55,926 nucleotides of DNA, taken from a virus. Its lineage: Duplodnaviria; Caudoviricetes. Where the stretch lies: positions 1 through 55,926 of IMG/VR virus record IMGVR_UViG_3300017971_001822, one strand, 5' to 3'. The notes beneath the pieces were generated by a model that saw only the letters and a program-made list of their open reading frames with translations, was not told the DNA's origin and did not search any database. Below, one piece after another: positions 53,651 through 55,926 of this stretch; within the stretch, counting starts at the first letter, position 1, and the number at the start of each line of letters is the position of its first letter. The translations under genes were made by a program, and so were the position numbers.

Positions 53651-54098
53651 CGAACGAACAATCGCCGAAGTCGATTAGAACCAGACGACCATCTTTCATG
53701 CCTACGTTTCCACGACCCAAATCGCTTATGAATTCGAATATTTTAAGCAGGTCGATACGAAGCTCTTCCATTTCATACGCAATTCCGCGCCATTTGAGAT
53801 GCACGTCGACAATCTCGGTCTTGTAGCCATACATTGTGTTAGCGAAGTTCCATCGACATTTGTCGTTTAGAATCTTTTTCATGCCTTCGTCGAACCGGAA
53901 GGTCTCAACGCCAGACAGCACTGTGGGGGCGAGGCCAGCGTATTCCGCCCTCTCCTGTCGACTGTGGGATCTTTCGGCGTGTGCTAGTTCGTCGAAGAGT
54001 TTGAGGCCGTAACCATCGAATGCGATGAAAAATGATTCGTATCCGTTGGAGACGTACTTCATCTCTTTCGGCGTTAGCCGTTCATAGACCTTGAGCAT
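53634..54098 (-). CDS. Minimal protein-kinase-like protein, paralog 1
   Basis: GYES, GLKLF (beta3 Lys), GLAP.V, GY.TE, DLGRGNVG (catalytic loop), IDFG. Confidence 0.72.
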   Translation of the reverse strand: MLKVYERLTPKEMKYVSNGYESFFIAFDGYGLKLFDELAHAERSHSRQERAEYAGLAPTVLSGVETFRFDEGMKKILNDKCRWNFANTMYGYKTEIVDVHLKWRGIAYEMEELRIDLLKIFEFISDLGRGNVGMKDGRLVLIDFGDCSFDGNYD

Positions 54099-54112
54099 TG
54101 GGCACCTCTAGA

Positions 54113-54358
54113 TTACTCTGGTTGTGTTCCGATGACACCTTCTTCCTTGTCAACAATTCTGACTAGAAGAACGTAGTCAAAGATGAGACTGTGATTTGAT
54201 GGCTCTTTGAGCCAGTCGAAAAGATCTCGTGCCGCCTGTTCTGATCCCGGCTCGTCAACTTCCCAATCTGCTTGTAATTCGCCTTCGTTTGTCATAACTG
54301 CCCATACTTCGTCCATAGTCGTACTCCCTGTACTTTCGCTGCGTTTCATTTTTGCCAT
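54113..54358 (-). CDS. Hypothetical protein
   Basis: GGGAG RBS; tiles. Confidence 0.5.
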   Translation of the reverse strand: MAKMKRSESTGSTTMDEVWAVMTNEGELQADWEVDEPGSEQAARDLFDWLKEPSNHSLIFDYVLLVRIVDKEEGVIGTQPE

Positions 54359-54376
54359 AGCTGTCGTCTCCCGCGC

Positions 54377-54868
54377 CTACTTGTAAAGATTAGGACACTC
54401 GTGAAACGTATATTCCCCAAAATCAATAGCTACGACCTTAGAGTTTAGCACGCCAACATTTGGCATTCTAAGATCGTGGATTTCCTGCCCAAAAAGATCC
54501 TCCAATCGCATAGTTAGTTCTTCTATCTCGAACTCCCTATAACAATACTCGCCGTATTCCATCATCTTTACTAGCTCAGTTTCGTAACCGAACATCTCCG
54601 GTCTTGGTTTGAACAGACAGTTCTCCATCTGCATCTGATGGATTAGATTCTGAGAAAGATGATAGACATTTACCCCGCCGTAGACTTCTGGGGCGAGGCC
54701 ATGCCATGCCGCCTCTTCCTGTCTTGCACAAGCCCTTACCGCCAGATCTCTTGCTCTGAAGAGCTTCAGGCCATAATCTTCGTATCCCAAGAATACGGCT
54801 TCTGACCCGCCTTTGAAGACTTGAATTTTACGCAGGGTGAGCTTGATTGTTGCAATTGCGGTTTCCAC
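54377..54868 (-). CDS. Minimal protein-kinase-like protein, paralog 2
   Basis: GGSE, GLKLF, GLAP.V, GY.TE, HDLRMPNVG, IDFG. Confidence 0.75.
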   Translation of the reverse strand: METAIATIKLTLRKIQVFKGGSEAVFLGYEDYGLKLFRARDLAVRACARQEEAAWHGLAPEVYGGVNVYHLSQNLIHQMQMENCLFKPRPEMFGYETELVKMMEYGEYCYREFEIEELTMRLEDLFGQEIHDLRMPNVGVLNSKVVAIDFGEYTFHECPNLYK

Positions 54869-54877
54869 AACTTCCCC

Positions 54878-55144
54878 CTAATAGTAGTCGTCATCTTCTT
54901 CGTCGCAGTAGCAATCTGCCCAGTCGTTTCCGCAACACGGACAATAGTCGTCACAAGCGCATTGATTTTTGTGCAAGCCACACTCATAACATTCATCGTC
55001 AATAGCCGATGCCTTCATATCCTCTAGGACTAAGGCTGACTTGCCTTCTGGGGAAGGCTCTGGCTCGGAAAGCGCACAGTCACAGATGACTGGCTTATGG
55101 AACATGACCCTAGACCCTGTGCCATTACAAAGTGGGCACTTCAT
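54878..55144 (-). CDS. Cys-rich acidic hypothetical protein
   Basis: CPLCNGTG...CDC and two CxxCG....CxC units; AAGGAG RBS. Confidence 0.55.
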   Translation of the reverse strand: MKCPLCNGTGSRVMFHKPVICDCALSEPEPSPEGKSALVLEDMKASAIDDECYECGLHKNQCACDDYCPCCGNDWADCYCDEEDDDYY

Positions 55145-55154
55145 GACTAGCTCC

Positions 55155-55532
55155 TTATTTTAGAAGGTCTGGTTCGTAGACGAAACAGGTGATAACGTCG
55201 TCGTCGGGGACTTGCCTCTGATCGATTTCCTCTTTGGTCATCACATCCCAATCGTAATCGCCCCACTTTCCAAGTCTGACGACATAGAACGGAACATGCG
55301 GGACAATGGCTATTGTCCTAGCTTTCTCCATAGCCTGTTTTCTTGTCAGACGGCCACGCAGGTTCTCAGACGATTGGAGCGTGTAGAAGTGTCGCCAGTG
55401 TTCGTGACAACCAAGACATCGCACTTCTGTATGAAGCGTTGAGACTGTCTCGGAAAATTCCACCGTTCCGTAAACAAGATCGTACCCGCAGCGCGGACAC
55501 TTCTGCTCTTTGACTTCGGCTGGTTTAGCCAT
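55155..55532 (-). CDS. Zn-ribbon hypothetical protein
   Basis: CPRCG...CLGC...W; start at MAKPAE. Confidence 0.55.
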   Translation of the reverse strand: MAKPAEVKEQKCPRCGYDLVYGTVEFSETVSTLHTEVRCLGCHEHWRHFYTLQSSENLRGRLTRKQAMEKARTIAIVPHVPFYVVRLGKWGDYDWDVMTKEEIDQRQVPDDDVITCFVYEPDLLK

Positions 55533-55809
55533 TGTTTTCCTCATCCTTATCTTTCTTGCGAGGAACCCATCCTCGACGCTTGTTTTTGTGGTGCGGCCCA
55601 TCTTCGTGGTTCGGCCCGCCCATCTTGTACCCGCACTCGTCACAGATCAGATCGCTGGACGAAGCCTTTAGCGGGATCTGCTTCTTTTTGCAGGTACGCT
55701 TGCCGTTGCCTCTCCAGAGGTTGGGATGGTGCTTGCCCGGTTCGGGAGCAAACTTCCAAGCCTCAGCCGGAAGGATCGTGACTGCTTTTTTGGGTTCTTG
55801 TCTTGCCAT
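55525..55809 (-). CDS. Basic hypothetical protein
   Basis: AAGGAG RBS before MARQEP; CDECG...H...HH. Confidence 0.55.
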   Translation of the reverse strand: MARQEPKKAVTILPAEAWKFAPEPGKHHPNLWRGNGKRTCKKKQIPLKASSSDLICDECGYKMGGPNHEDGPHHKNKRRGWVPRKKDKDEENNG

Positions 55810-55820
55810 AGTTAGCTCCT

Positions 55821-55925
55821 TTACCAATCGTAGAGTGTTTCATCTCCAAAATCTATTAGAATGACAGCGCCATACTTGACGCCGACATTGTATGTGTCGA
55901 CATCGACCGCTTGTGCTCCAAAAAG
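55821..55925 (-). CDS. Minimal protein-kinase-like protein, paralog 3 (C-terminal fragment at window edge)
   Basis: Manual translation LFGAQAVDVDTYNVGVKYGAVILIDFGDETLYDW* aligns with the D....NVG......IDFG C-termini of the other two paralogs. Confidence 0.65.
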   Translation of the reverse strand, partial: LFGAQAVDVDTYNVGVKYGAVILIDFGDETLYDW

Positions 55926-55926
55926 C

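Noticed and set aside
6-55864. Numerous plus-strand ORFs of 60-255 aa in the ORF track
   Set aside because: Apart from the HNH gene they lie antisense to well-supported minus-strand genes and show no recognisable motifs.
1-55926. tRNA genes and stop-codon reassignment
   Set aside because: No T-loop/cloverleaf signatures noticed by eye. Conserved genes are intact under the standard code and TAA, TAG and TGA all end genes at sensible boundaries.

Overview
About 56 kb of a large dsDNA bacteriophage genome (or phage-like element). Genes are densely packed and almost all on the minus strand; the only convincing plus-strand gene is an HNH endonuclease. No capsid/terminase, tRNA, rRNA or CRISPR array is visible. 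From left to right: (i) a sugar-modification cluster (two SAM methyltransferases, sulfotransferase, nucleotidyltransferase-kinase, cupin, GatZ/KbaZ-like, HAD phosphatase, glycosyltransferase); (ii) a replication/recombination block (C-terminally truncated DnaE with an internal insertion, two Cas4-like nucleases, DUF5664, primase, DnaB, RecA, RNase HI); (iii) nucleotide metabolism (class II RNR, dCMP deaminase, ThyX, IMPDH/GMPR family); (iv) exported proteins (serine protease, lipoproteins, acidic collagen-like surface protein), a sigma factor, ClpP and a protease-less BrxL ATPase next to a CTAG-dense non-coding region; (v) a kinase-phosphatase-ligase RNA repair enzyme, a histone-fold-like protein, an Flp pilin missed by the ORF track, and a Ycf46-like AAA/DUF3150/DUF1257/DUF2997 module; (vi) a contiguous ubiquitin-like conjugation operon (Ubl, E2 with a long Cys-rich tail, JAB, E1), which is the standout system; (vii) many small early-type ORFs, a rod-shaped RNA hairpin and three minimal kinase paralogs. 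A five-copy promoter motif (G[T/C]AGAAA-N14-TGATATAAT) recurs on the minus strand. Several genes suggest a Planctomycetota (Phycisphaerae-like) host. All family calls come from motif recognition by eye, not from database searches.
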